Positions 52,761-64,000 of a stretch of 64,000 bases of DNA are shown piece after piece. Positions within the stretch are counted from its first letter, which is position 1; every line of letters starts with the position of its first letter. The DNA is from Mobula hypostoma. Its lineage: Eukaryota. The stretch covers positions 22,568,001-22,632,000 of the forward strand of contig NC_086108.1 in the NCBI RefSeq assembly GCF_963921235.1, written 5' to 3'. The notes under the pieces were generated by a model that was not told the DNA's origin, made no database searches, and was given only the letters and a program-made list of their open reading frames with translations. A program made the translations under genes and the position numbers.

Positions 52761-52984
52761 TGTTGAGTTAATATACTGACATCTGAACCAATTTAGATAA
52801 GAGACCTATGAACAGATACAGATTGATTCTTCAGCTTTGCAAAGTACTGAACTGAATATGCTACTAGTTTACAGACAAACAGGTGATTTAATGAACAGAT
52901 GAGTGCAAAGGAAGCTAAAAATGTAATAAAACAACAGTCTGGATCCTAATCTATCAGAAGTTCTAATGCAGTTCTATAAATGGT

Positions 52985-53810
52985 GTACAATTGTGTACAG
53001 TTTGGTCACCCTATTATAGGAAAGATGTTATTGTGCGAGAGAGAGTGAATAAAAGACTTACAAGGATGTTACCTGAACTTGTGGGCCTGAATTACAAGGG
53101 AAAGTTGTGTAGACTGTGATTTTATTCCCTGGAATGTAGGAAATTGAGGGATGAACCAATAGAGGTATGTAAGATCGTGAGGGGCACAGACAAGGTGAAA
53201 GCACATAGTCCTTTCCCCAGGGAGAGGGTGCTAAAAACAAGAAGGTATACGTTTAAGAGGTCTTTTTAAAAAAAACCTCTGGTTAGACCACACTTAGAAG
53301 ATTGTGTTCAATTCTGGTCGCCTAATTATGGGAAGGATGTAGAAGCTTTGAGAGGGTGCAGAGGAGATTTACCAGGATACTATCTGCAGAGAGAGCATGT
53401 CTTATGAGGATAGCTTGAGCGAGCTCGGGCTATTCTCTTTGGAGCGAAGGGTGATGAGAAGTGAATTGATAGAGGTGTATAAGATGTTGAGAGGCATAGC
53501 TGGGGTGGATAGCTAGAGACATTTTCCCAGGGTGGAAATGCTTACTATGAGGGGGCATAATTTTAAGATGACGAGAGGAAGGTGTAGGGTGTCAGATGTG
53601 TATTTTTTTTTTACACAGAATGATGCACTGAATGCATGGAATGCACTGCCGGGAGTGGTGACTGAGGCAGATATATTAGGGACATTTGAGAGACTTCTAG
53701 AAGGGCACATGAATGAAAGAAAAATGGAGAGTTATGTGAGAGGGAAGGGTTAGATTGATCTTGGAGTTTGTTAAAAAGGTTGGCACAACGTCGTGTGCTG
53801 TTCTATGTTC
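52985..53810 (+). mobile_element. Two tandem CR1 3' fragments
   Basis: Two copies of the gtgt(a/t)ca(g/a)tt(t/c)tggtc..ggaa(a/g)gatgt block; RGHNFK and NAWNALP. Confidence 0.8.
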
Positions 53811-54639
53811 CAAGTCTAGCACAGAGTATTCTGTTAACTTGTTTTAACTGTGTAGGGTTATAAAAGCCCAATATAGCCCTGATTATTTTGCTTTTGTATT
53901 AGATAACAAATCTGATTGGACCTGTTTTCTGTGTAAACCACACACAAAAAAGTGCTTATGTTTTCCCGTATTACAGCTCAATTTCCCATGATGCCCTTCC
54001 AAATGGATGGGGAATTTTGAAAGAGCACTTTGTGACAACATTCGCCTTTGTGCGAGCATCATTCCCGAGTTTAGTGATGTCATCCACAGTACATGTGCAG
54101 TTTGCGTTGCCGAATAACCAATAGAAATTGGATTGGAAGATTATGACCTAGGTACTTCATAGTTTAAACACAGTGGAATGAGAAGGTCAAAGGCCATTCA
54201 CAGATGCTGTGACCTCTGAGCAGATAGCAGGCGCTATCTGTGAAGGCTGAAGTGCCTACAAGGCTTTTAAATGATTTAAAAACCACAATGGCATTTAAGA
54301 AATCAAACAATTTAGAAATTAACTTAACAGCAGATTGTAGTCTTTTTCACTTTGTTCTTCTGTGCCCTTAATTGGCGCTGTCTTTGCACGTTAATGCACT
54401 CCAACCTTCACCTTCATGTTATCCCTTTTCTCCTTTGACGGCAGCTCTTCAGTTGGTGAAAAGACCTTCTGCTTTTGATGTATGCTGGTATATTTTATTG
54501 AGTTAAATTCCTTTTTAAACACCTTCCACTGTTCATTTATTGTCACATTAAGTAATAGCTTTGACCACCCTGTTGTCCATCTCTGATTCAGCCTTGCCAA
54601 GTTGTAGAATTTAACTGTCTGCATTAAATTATTTATTTG

Positions 54640-56075
54640 GAGATATAGTGCTGAGTAGGCCCTTCTGGCCCTTCAAGGAATGCAACCCCTGAAAGCCCCA
54701 GTTTAACCTTAACACGAGGAAATTTGCAGATGCTGGAATTTCAAGCAACACACATAAACAACACTCACAACACGCTGGAGGAACTCAGCAGGTCGGGCAG
54801 CATCTGTGGAAACGATCAGTCGACGTTTTGGGCCGGAACCCTTCATCAGGACACACATAAAAAGTGCTGGTGAACGCAGCAGGCCAGGCAGCATCTATAG
54901 GAAGAGGTACAGTCGACGTTTTGGGCCGAGACCCTTAACCCTAACCTAGTCGTGGACTGTTTACAATGACCAGTTAACCTCCCCGGTATGTCTTTGGACT
55001 GTAGGGGTGAGTAGTTTCAAATCCCTCGGTGTACACATCACCAAAGATCTCACCTGGACTGTACATGCCAGCTTTGTGGCAAAAATAGCGCAGCAAGTGT
55101 TTCTTCCACCTGACGTGACTGAAGAAGTTCGGCATGGCCCCTAAATCCTCAAGACCTTCTATAGGGGCACCCATGAGAGCATCCTCACTGGCTGTGTCAC
55201 CACCTGGTGTGAGAACTGCACCAGTCTTGACCGCTGGGCACTTCAAAGAGTGGTTTGCACAGCCTAGCGCATCTGTGGATGTGAACTTCCCTCCATTGAG
55301 GACAGTTATAGCAGCAGGTGCAGAAAGAAGGCCTGGAAGATCATCGGGGACACCATTCACCACAACCATAAACTGTTTCAGCTGCTTCCGTTTGGCAAAT
55401 AGTACCACAGCATTAGAGTCAGGACCAGCAGGCTTCTTTCAACGGGACAGCTTCTTTCTATCAGCCATGAGGCTTTTAAATTTGCATGTCTGTGAAATGG
55501 AGATACTTCTTTCTCCCTTATTAGGGGGAGGGGGAGAAGAGAGAGCCGGTGGTATGTTGAATACTGGGTGAACGAGTAGTCTTTGGGGTACTGCAAGTCT
55601 GTGTCTTTGCTGATGCTTTGCTGCACGCTTGAGTGCTCAGTGGTGGTGCTGATGCTTTTATTTTGTTGGTAGGGGAGGGGGATTGTTGCTCTGCTGCTGC
55701 TTATGCATGGGAGGGGGAACTTGGAGGGGCATTGGAGTTCTAACATTTAACTCATTCTTTGGGGGCACTCCTCTGTTTTCGTGGATGGTTACGAAGAAAA
55801 AGTATTTCGGGATGTATATTGTATACAGTTCTCTGACATTAGATGTACCTTTGAATTGCAATGGAGACATAACGCAAAGAATTTTACTCCCTCACTTTGT
55901 GGGGTTGATGTAAGATTTAGATAAGTTCTAAGTAAAAGGAAAGCAGAGCGCCCAGGGAAAATCCAAGCATTCCACGAGGAGGGCCACCTTGCCTCCTTAC
56001 AGATGGCACTGGAATTGAACTTTGAACTCTGAATCCCCAAGCTGTAATGTTGCGCTAACCACTACCATGGTGCCC
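54640..56075 (-). mobile_element. V-SINE-like element split by nested Penelope pLTR fragments (54714-54934) and + strand LINE 3' pieces (~55007-55930)
   Basis: The SINE core gtctttggactgtaggg..aggaaagcagagcgcccagggaaaatcca rejoins across the insert; ttaacc(t/c)taac TSD around 54714-54934. Confidence 0.65.
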
Positions 56076-57709
56076 AAACCAAAAAGTTCTTTGCTTTTCA
56101 AAACTAACATTAAATTGTTCACAGTTTGTGTAGTCTCCAATAAATGCTCCCTTGTTCTTCTTTTAAGTGGAGCATTAAATATCTTTTAAGTCATTTATCA
56201 GTCTGTATCTGAAGAAAAATAAGCTAACAAAACACAGCCAGTAAGATCAGCTTGTTACTGCAGTCTTTAAAGGAACTCGTTCTTTCGTGTGGTTTCTTTG
56301 ATCCGAGCACATTTCACAGGCTGATATGTACAAAGGATATTAGCAGTGACCCTCAAACCGCTGTGTAGTTTGACCTCATTGCTAGCAGCTCATGATGTTT
56401 GTTACCGGTCTCTTTGGGTGGGGGGGTGTGGGGGAGGCATAGTTTTGTTTCGTTGGTGACGCTCCTTGCTGTCTCACCCTTCCCACCCGCTCATGTTCCC
56501 AGAGTTGCCTGCCACGTGCTTCCAGCCTTCCTCTCTTACTCCCCCCAATAATCACTCTTCCTCCTGCCTCACTCCCTCCATAGATCACTTTCTCTTTTCT
56601 CACTCCATTCCTCTCCCATCTCATTCCTTATGGATCTTTCTTCCTCACTGCTTCATTCTCCTATAAATCGCTCTCAGTCGCCCTCTCCCAGTGATCACAC
56701 TGTCTCACTCTCTGTCTCCCCCTTGTTGTCTCATTCCCTTAATAGCCACTCCGCAGTGACCCTTATTGGTTCCTTGAAGGTGGGATTAGGCTTGGGCTGA
56801 GTTCTCTACCTGTGCATGTCTGACAACTTGCCAGGCTGGAATAACATCAGGGATGACATAGGAGAGGTGCTGAACAATTGCCAAGGATTCTAATTCAAAG
56901 AAAAAGCCAATTCCTTGAGGAAAAGGGAATTTGAGGCTGTGGGGGAAGTAGCAAATAGCCAGTTGATCTCCTAGAATGGATGTGCAGCTACAAGGGAATG
57001 AGACAGTAATGCAGTTGAAGCTCCCCTTGGAGGCGGGCGGAGGAATGTAATCACTCGTATCCTTTCTTTGTTTCCATCCAGTACAAGGTTGCAATTTTGT
57101 TGTTTTTAATGCTTCATGGACCTGTGCCAGTTAGAAAGGTTAACAAATAAAGAATGGTCTAAAAGCCCAGCCCACTCACCAGAAAAGCATTTTTCCCAGT
57201 CAGTTTGATTGTTGAGGTGTCACTGCAACCACATAGAAGGGTTACAGATGAACTTGGAGCCAGAGTAGGCCACCAGGTTCTTCAGGCCTGTGCTGTTGGA
57301 TTCTTTTGATGCTCGGCACGGTGAAGAGGGAATGATGCCTGACCTGGGGTGGTGTCTACCTATCACCTGGAGGTGACTGGTTAACTTGGGGCTATGACTA
57401 CTTGACCTGAGGAATTGCCTACCTGACCTACCATGGGGCAGTGACTACCTGCAGGGAACCTGGTCTGGGACATGGGTTAAGTCGAGCAATGACTGGAGTT
57501 AGAGGTTGAGAAGATGAGTCATTGAAAATTGCAATTAGCTCAGGTTTGTGAATTAAATGGCTAAAGGTTACGATTGCTGTAAGTTATCATTGGTTCATAA
57601 AACCTGATCGATCGTTCATCCATTTGTTCAGAAAGTTGCCGCAGTTTTCCCTGGATTTTCGTTTCTGTGCTGTAATTAAATTCCACCCCTTGTTCTTTCC
57701 TTGTTGCAG

Positions 57710-57813
57710 CATTGAGTTTGAAGGTGGGGAGATTGACCATGACATCAGTCTGGCTGACATGTACAGATGGAAGGTATCAGCGTACGCACCCTGCAGTTCC
57801 ACATGTACCACAG
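57710..57813 (+). CDS. adamtsl7: ADAMTSL2-family exon, TSR start (SIEFEGGEIDHDISLADMYRWKVSAYAPCSSTCTTG)
   Basis: ttccttgttgcag acceptor in phase 2 matching the 28532 donor; CAG|gtgcct donor in phase 1; ADMYRWK....PCS.TCTTG motif of ADAMTSL2. Confidence 0.92.
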
Positions 57814-58335
57814 GTGCCTTTGGAAACCCTACAGCCCTTCACTTACACAAGTACAGGGCCTTTAATTGTTCAACCATTTGGAGGGCGGGATTTGGGGCTG
57901 ATTAGGGTGGATGTATGGATTATTATGTTGTTATCATGCAATGGACAGGCCTTTTATCCCACAGCCAACTGAGCAAGTCAAAGATCAGCAGTTCTGCCAT
58001 ATCTAGGCATCAGCAGTGATGAAAATTTAAAAAGGAACACAGATGCTGGAAATCTGAAATAAAGTCAGAAAATGACAAACATTCAGCACGTTAGACAGCA
58101 TCGGTGTAAGGAGAAATGTGATTCATGTTTCAGGCCCATGACCTCTTGGCAGAACTGTAAAAGAAAGATAGAAATTATTTTAAGTTGCAAGGAGGGTGAG
58201 GGGTGGATGGGACAAAGGGAATATCTGTGATATGCTGACACTAGGCCCGACAGGTTAATGGGGCAGTTGGTGGATGATTGTGCTTTATGTGTTGCTACGG
58301 GACATGTCCGACAAGCCAGGCTGTACCAAGGGAGA

Positions 58336-58552
58336 AGAGAGAAAATCTGCAGATGCTGGAAATCCGAGCAACACACACAAGATGCTGGAGGAACTCGGCA
58401 GGCCAGACAGCACCGATGGTTGGGGGGGGGGAAGGAGGGGGAGAAAGTACAGTCAATGTCCCGCCAAAGGGTTTTGGCCCGAAATGTCGACTGTACTTTT
58501 TTTCCATAGATGCTGCCTGGCCTGCTGAGTTTCTCCAGCATTTTGTGTGTGT
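58336..58552. mobile_element. Small tail-out inverted dimer of Penelope pLTR fragments
   Basis: Arms caacacacacaagatgctggaggaactcggcaggcc / ggcctgctgagtttctccagcattttgtgtgtgttg; TSD tgtaccaa(g/t)ggaga. Confidence 0.8.
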
Positions 58553-60781
58553 TGTACCAATGGAGAGGCTGCTTTAATTCTCCATCCCACTCCCACTCCA
58601 TCTTTTCACTATTTCAAGAAGCTCGAGGAACTGCAACTTATCTGCTGTCTGGCAGCCTTCTCAACTCAATCTCAAATTCTCCAATGTTGGTAAGCCACTG
58701 TATGCCTCAGATCTGCCTATTTTTGCTGGAAGTTGTCTATCTTTTGGCTTTTTTTTTCTCTCTCTCTCTCCTTTCCATAAGTATAGCCTGACCCAGGCAT
58801 GTTCCACGTCACTGCCATCAAGAATAGATGGACAATGGAGACTAATCACACCCTGAGTGCCTCATGACTCACTGACATAGCCTCACCCTCTCAGAGCTGT
58901 TATTCTTGTCCTTTCCATCCCTCACAGCCCTTCCTCTGCAGTTTAAAATTAACTAGTGGCCAGGTAAACAGCTAACAGGCTCTAACAATGTCTGGGGCCC
59001 AGTATGGAGTGTTAACCGCATTCAGCTGAATGGATGATTTACCCCACCACTTCCTGAAATTCCCACCATCACAGTCTTCAACCTATTGGATTCACTTCAC
59101 ATTTTGTCTGGAAATAGTTGAAAGCACTGGATACTGCATAGTCTATAGGAGTAGACAACATCCTTGTGCTCTGGAATTAGCTGTGCATCTATGGTAGTAA
59201 CATTGTTATTAATGTGGAAAATTGCCCAGCAGTGAGACACGTACCACCCAGTCCATCTGCTTGTACTCACAACTGAGTAATGGAAGGTGTCGCAAACAGT
59301 GCTAACAAATAGCATGAACTTTCAGGGCAGAGCCTGAGCAAGTAAAGATAAGCTTCCTTTGTGGGTGATCTTCCCACTGGCCCCCTGCTAAGGTTCCAAC
59401 CTAATGCCATCTCCTGATGCTGTGCTCCCCTTCCACATGTAATAATCTGGATCTCTAAAGTGTAGGTGGGTGTAATGAGGTGGCTGTAGAAAGATGATAA
59501 TGAGTTCATTGTTCAGAAGCACCACATTTACTGTTTTATTGTTGTTTGAATCTTAGATTGCCGATTCTGCAGGGCTGCAGTGAAAGGATTATTTGCATAT
59601 ATATATTCAGCCATTTAGATGACCCACAATACTTCAAAGAAATGAAGTACTTCAGAAATCCAGACAATGTAAAATTATAGAATATGTAGTGACTAGTTTA
59701 TAAGGAGTAAGCTCCCTCAAATGGGAATTGGATGATGTAATATTTCAGTGATGTGATTCTGAGGGATATACAACCAATGCCTTGACAACTCCCAAGCTCC
59801 AGGCAAGGTCCCAGGTGATTGGAAGGTTGCTAGTTAAAAAGGGAGGCACTGTAGGCATAAATCAAAGGATAGTTACTTTTATCTGTAGGCAAATTATTGG
59901 AATATATTGTAATAGACTGTATAAATCATTAAATGGAAAGGTTGAGATAAATTTGGGGGCAATTAGTCAAGACTAGTTAAGGGAAGGCAGTGTTTGATTC
60001 TTTGAGGAGGGAGTAAGAGTTGATGAGGATGGTAGCTTTGAGGTAGTCTACGTAGATTTTAGCTAAGCTCTGGACGATAACCCACATGATAGGCTAGTCA
60101 AAAGATTGAAAGCGCATTGGATAAAAGGGAGAGTGACTGGAATCAAAACTGATATGGCGGCAGGAAGCAAAGGTAATGATGTTTTTGTGACAGGAAATCT
60201 TTAGCCATCTAGGTTCACAGCCCTTTGCTTAGAGTAAATATTAATAATTTGGAATTAAACGTAAAGGCATGATGAAGAAATTTGTAGATGATACAAATAT
60301 TGATGGGAAAGTCTACAGGAAGAAAAAGTGTTTTGTCATTTGGGCAGAAATGTGCTAGATGCAGTTGAATTCAGACGTTTGGTATGTCTGAATATCAACC
60401 TTAAATATGATACTTAAATGCCCTGTGTGTGCACACATCGTGGGGGGGGGGGCAGGGTGGGTAGGAGAGAATGTGGGACTCAATGTATTGGATGCCAGGG
60501 AAAATTGTCTTGAGCTTTTAAGAAATATTATCATGGGATCTCTGCTCACCTCAGAAGGCAGACAAAGTCTGAATTTAACACCATATCTAGGTGGTACCTG
60601 GCAGGGGAAGTATCATGGATAGTCATCAGTACTGATGTGTGGTGTCAGTCTAGTTTTGATGATCAGGTCTCAAAACCATAAAAGTGACCTCTAGCTGATG
60701 TCAGAACGATGTGTTTAAATGCAACTGATTTGAAGCTGATGGAGCGATGTTGAATGAACTGTAATCCTCTTCTCATTGCAG

Positions 60782-60908
60782 GGATTACCACTTCTTATGC
60801 TATGTGTGTCAGGTATGATGGAGTGGAGGTGGACGAGTCTCACTGTGATGCTGTTACCAGGCCTGAGCCAACACACGAGTTTTGTTTAGGAAGGGAATGC
60901 CCTCCCAG
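60782..60908 (+). CDS. adamtsl7: ADAMTSL2-family exon, TSR ([43 protein letters not shown])
   Basis: ctcattgcag acceptor in phase 1, AG|gtaagc donor; [29 protein letters not shown] motif. Not in the ORF track. Confidence 0.93.
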
Positions 60909-61314
60909 GTAAGCGATCTGGGTAACTACTCAAATGCAGGTGGATGTTACTTTCCTGTGTGCTGTGGCTTTGTCATACCAAATGTGGAGATGAAGCTGAC
61001 TCGGGCCACTTCTGATGAGAGTCAATCATGTTATTGAGAAACTGGATCACACCACGGCCAGATCAGGCTGTGCTTGCTTTCGGAAGACAGCTAGCTTCAT
61101 GGTTACAGAGGCATGGAGAGGTACAGCACAGAAGCAACAGCTTCGGCCCAACAGTTCTGTGATAAATGCTCCCATTTTACATTAATCCTTTTGTAACCCA
61201 TTTTATCCTCTGCTAAAGTTGGTTTCCATCTTTTTGGGGGAAAAAATGCAAACATTTGAATCATAGTGGGATTCAGGGTCTCAGCCTTTAGGTAATTAGA
61301 CTAATAATCTAACA

Positions 61315-62081
61315 CAGGGGTCCCCAACCTTTTTTGCACCGTGGACTGGTTTAATATTGACAATATTCTTGCCGACTGTGCGGGGTGGGAGGGTGATGTT
61401 CAAGTAGGGTTAAACTCACCTCAACATGTCTTTTACAGTTAGGGTTGCCAACTTTCTCACTCCCAAATAAGGGACAAAAGTAGCAGTCAAATATAGGACA
61501 CTTGTATTTACCCCGAGAAAGACTACCATGACCATGAAGCCTTGTGTGGGCACCTGCGTGCGCATGCGTGATGTGTGCATATGTGATGTGCGCATGTGTG
61601 TACGTGCCGATTTTTTTTTCCCCCCACAAATCGGTTTTGGCTTAATCTTCCCGACTATTTTGTACATACATTATTTCTACTTTATATAGGCTTTGTATTT
61701 ATCATATCATTCCTACTTTTATTATATGTTAGTGTTATTTGGTATGACTTGTTATGTTATTTTTTGGGACTGGGAACGCTCAGAAAATTTTCCTATATAA
61801 ATTAATGGTAATTGCTTCTTCGCTTTACGCCATTTTGGCACGAAAGGTTTCATAGGAACACTCTACCTTAGCGGGGGAAATACGGGACAAGGGTGGTCCC
61901 ATATGGGACAAAGTAATTTAGCCCAATATATGGGGTGTCCCGGCTAATACGGGACAGCTGGCAACCCTATGTTCAAGTTCAACAGTGCGTGACAGGGAAT
62001 GAGGAAAGATGCAGCTGACTCGTATCGTTTCCTCGCGGCCCGGTAGCACATGCTTTGCGGCCCAGTGGTTGGAGACCACTG
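61315..62081. mobile_element. Composite non-autonomous hAT: Charlie-like shell containing a TAGGGTT-ended hAT (61405-61969) that holds a Tigger fragment
   Basis: Outer CAGGGGTCCCCAACC / GGTTGGAGACCACTG with TSD atctaaca/acctaacc; inner perfect TSD tgttcaag. Confidence 0.82.
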
Positions 62082-62693
62082 ACCTAACCACTACACGTTG
62101 TCCTTACAGCTTGCACTGTTGCAGCCTTGATTTGGTGGGTACTCACTCCGTGAGCACCTTGAAAGCCATTGAGTTTGGAGTTCAGTAGAAATGTTTCTTC
62201 CCACAGGGAGGATGAGAGCTCTTGTACTTTTCACTGTCATTGAAAGAACCAAGTTAGGGTGAGAACTCCTTCTCAATCCAGACTTACCTATGTTCCTGGA
62301 GGCTGTGATCTTGAAGACATTTGTGTGAAATTTGAATGAAAGCCCAATTTAGATCAGTGGGACCGAGGAGCTAAGGTTGTTGGAACACTCGTTCAGCATG
62401 AAAGAAACACACCAACTGAAAACTCACCAGCAAAGAGGTGAGGGGCAGCAAGCTGGTTTTCCTGACCCAAGTAACTAAAAATGTTCTTCTTACACAGAGC
62501 TTTATATGGTCTATTATGGGCCATGGTTTTTTTTTAAGATCATTGGATCTTAATCATCTTCCTACCTAGACAATTTGGGCTAAGGTGCCCCCAACCTCCC
62601 TCCACCTCCCTGGAAGGAAACAGTGGAGAACAAGGTGGAAATTGAATATGCAATTTCGAAATTGGAGAGACAGTACGAGGTGGATTTGGGATA

Positions 62694-64000
62694 CAGGTTT
62701 CCCCTGCCATCTGAAGGTAGAGCGTTCCTATGAAACGGTTCGTAAGCTGGAATGTCGTAAAGCAAAGAAGCAATTACCATTTATTTATATGGGAAAAATT
62801 TGTGAGCGTTTGCAGACCCAAAAATAACCTACCAAATCATGCCAAATAACACATAAAACCTAAAATAACAGTAACATAGTAAAAACAGGAATGATATGAT
62901 GAATACACAGCCTATATAAAGTAGAAATACTTTTCCACAATAATTGCCTGCACTGTTCTCCGTAGCAAAAATCTCACGCAAGCGCTCTAGCAAAAACACG
63001 GCGCAAGTGCTCTCCAGTAACCTTTATGCTATGAAGCTGCCAAATCAAACCAAATAACACATAAAAATACACAGCCGATATTAAGTAGAAATAATGTATG
63101 TACAGTGTAGTATCACTTACCGGAATTGGGAAAGCGCCGAGCATACTGATGATGGTGTGTTAGGCTGAGTCGTCGGAGTTTGGGGTGGTGCAGTAGCTCC
63201 CACCCTCCAGGCACCGAACTGATACCGATCCGCGAAGCATGCAGTGGTCCAGTGGTGCCCGGGACGCACCCAACGCATCTTTAAGAAAAAAGCCAAAATA
63301 AACAAGCTAATTAATTAGGTGCTGCCCGGCACGTAAATGTCGGCCCAGATCAGAGACAATTGCCAATTATGTTGCCTCTGATCTGGGCCTACATCTACAT
63401 GCTGGGTGGCACCTAATTAATTAGCTTGTTTATTTCGGCTTTTTTCTTAAAGATGTGTTGGGTGCCTCCCGGCTACCACTGCATTCTCTGCAGATTGGTA
63501 TCTGTCCGTAGTTTGGGGTGGTGGGACACTGGGGTGTCATCTCATAGTCTGTTTCCATGAGGGTAGGCGGGTCATCTTCTATGTCTGCCTGCCTCGATGT
63601 TGAAGGTCGAGGTTCGTCGTCTGCTGAAGGCTTGCTTGACCGCTTAGCCTCGCACATTTTTAGATCATACAGTTCTTTGTAAGCACTCAAACCATCCTGC
63701 AAATATGCCCTAAACCGACATACCTTTTCAAAATTAAAGTCGTACTTTATCATTGCAGCGAAAATCTCACGTAGTTGCCTCACGTTCAGTTCCTGGACAA
63801 CTTCACTTCGCTAGTGCATTCAGTTTTGATCCCTCCCTTATCCTTCCCTCTTCCAATTGCATCAGCTCTTCATCTATCAGTTCTTGGTCATGGGATGCCA
63901 AAACCTCTTCAACATCATCTTTGTCAACTTCCACAAGCCAAACTCACTTTGTCCTTACTTGGTTCACCACGATCGAAACGCTTAATTATGTCTAGTTTTA
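62694..64000 (-). mobile_element. Tigger/pogo DNA transposon, 3' part, running off the window
   Basis: TA|caggtttcccc terminus; transposase C-terminus RQLREIFAA..DFNFEKVCRF..LQDGLSAYKELYD; internal palindrome. Confidence 0.8.

Larger units (their letters stand above)
50692..52956 (-). mobile_element. Deleted endogenous retrovirus (class I / epsilon-like): partial 5' LTR, gag, integrase, PPT, 3' LTR
   Basis: Diverged direct repeats ~50692-50979 and ~52765-52956; PPT aaaggaagga-c-TG at 50990-50978; integrase and capsid-like motifs between them; CR1 scrap at 51839-51940. Confidence 0.78.

Noticed and set aside
50686..52962. Target-site duplication for the ERV
   Set aside because: Flanks (tact versus gaag) do not match, so the left LTR boundary remains approximate.
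1..64000. CRISPR arrays, rRNA, tRNA genes or prokaryotic operons
   Set aside because: None seen; the sequence is a eukaryotic intron-rich locus and the tRNA-like boxes belong to SINEs.

Overview
Vertebrate genomic DNA, most likely a cartilaginous fish (ray or shark), inferred from its CR1/Penelope/Rex1/V-SINE repeat content. The window lies inside one + strand host gene of the ADAMTSL2 family, probably the paralog adamtsl7. Eight coding exons (13376-60908) splice in frame with GT-AG sites and encode the Cys-rich module, spacer, N-glycan-rich linker and a TSR domain; the start and end of the gene are outside the window. The introns are mostly transposable elements: a near-intact L1-clade LINE (1-5468), many CR1 fragments, Rex1/L2-type 3' ends, young Penelope elements with hammerhead ribozyme motifs, an IR/DR Tc1 nested in a mini-MITE, hAT MITEs and a Tigger. 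The least obvious feature is a heavily deleted class I (epsilon-like) endogenous retrovirus (LTR-gag-IN-PPT-LTR, - strand, ~50692-52956), largely missed by the ORF track. I found no wholly new system. The best leads are the ERV remnant, the recurrent tail-out Penelope dimers carrying hammerheads, and the possibly intact L1. All homology calls come from recognising motifs, not from database searches, and the boundaries of decayed repeats are approximate.
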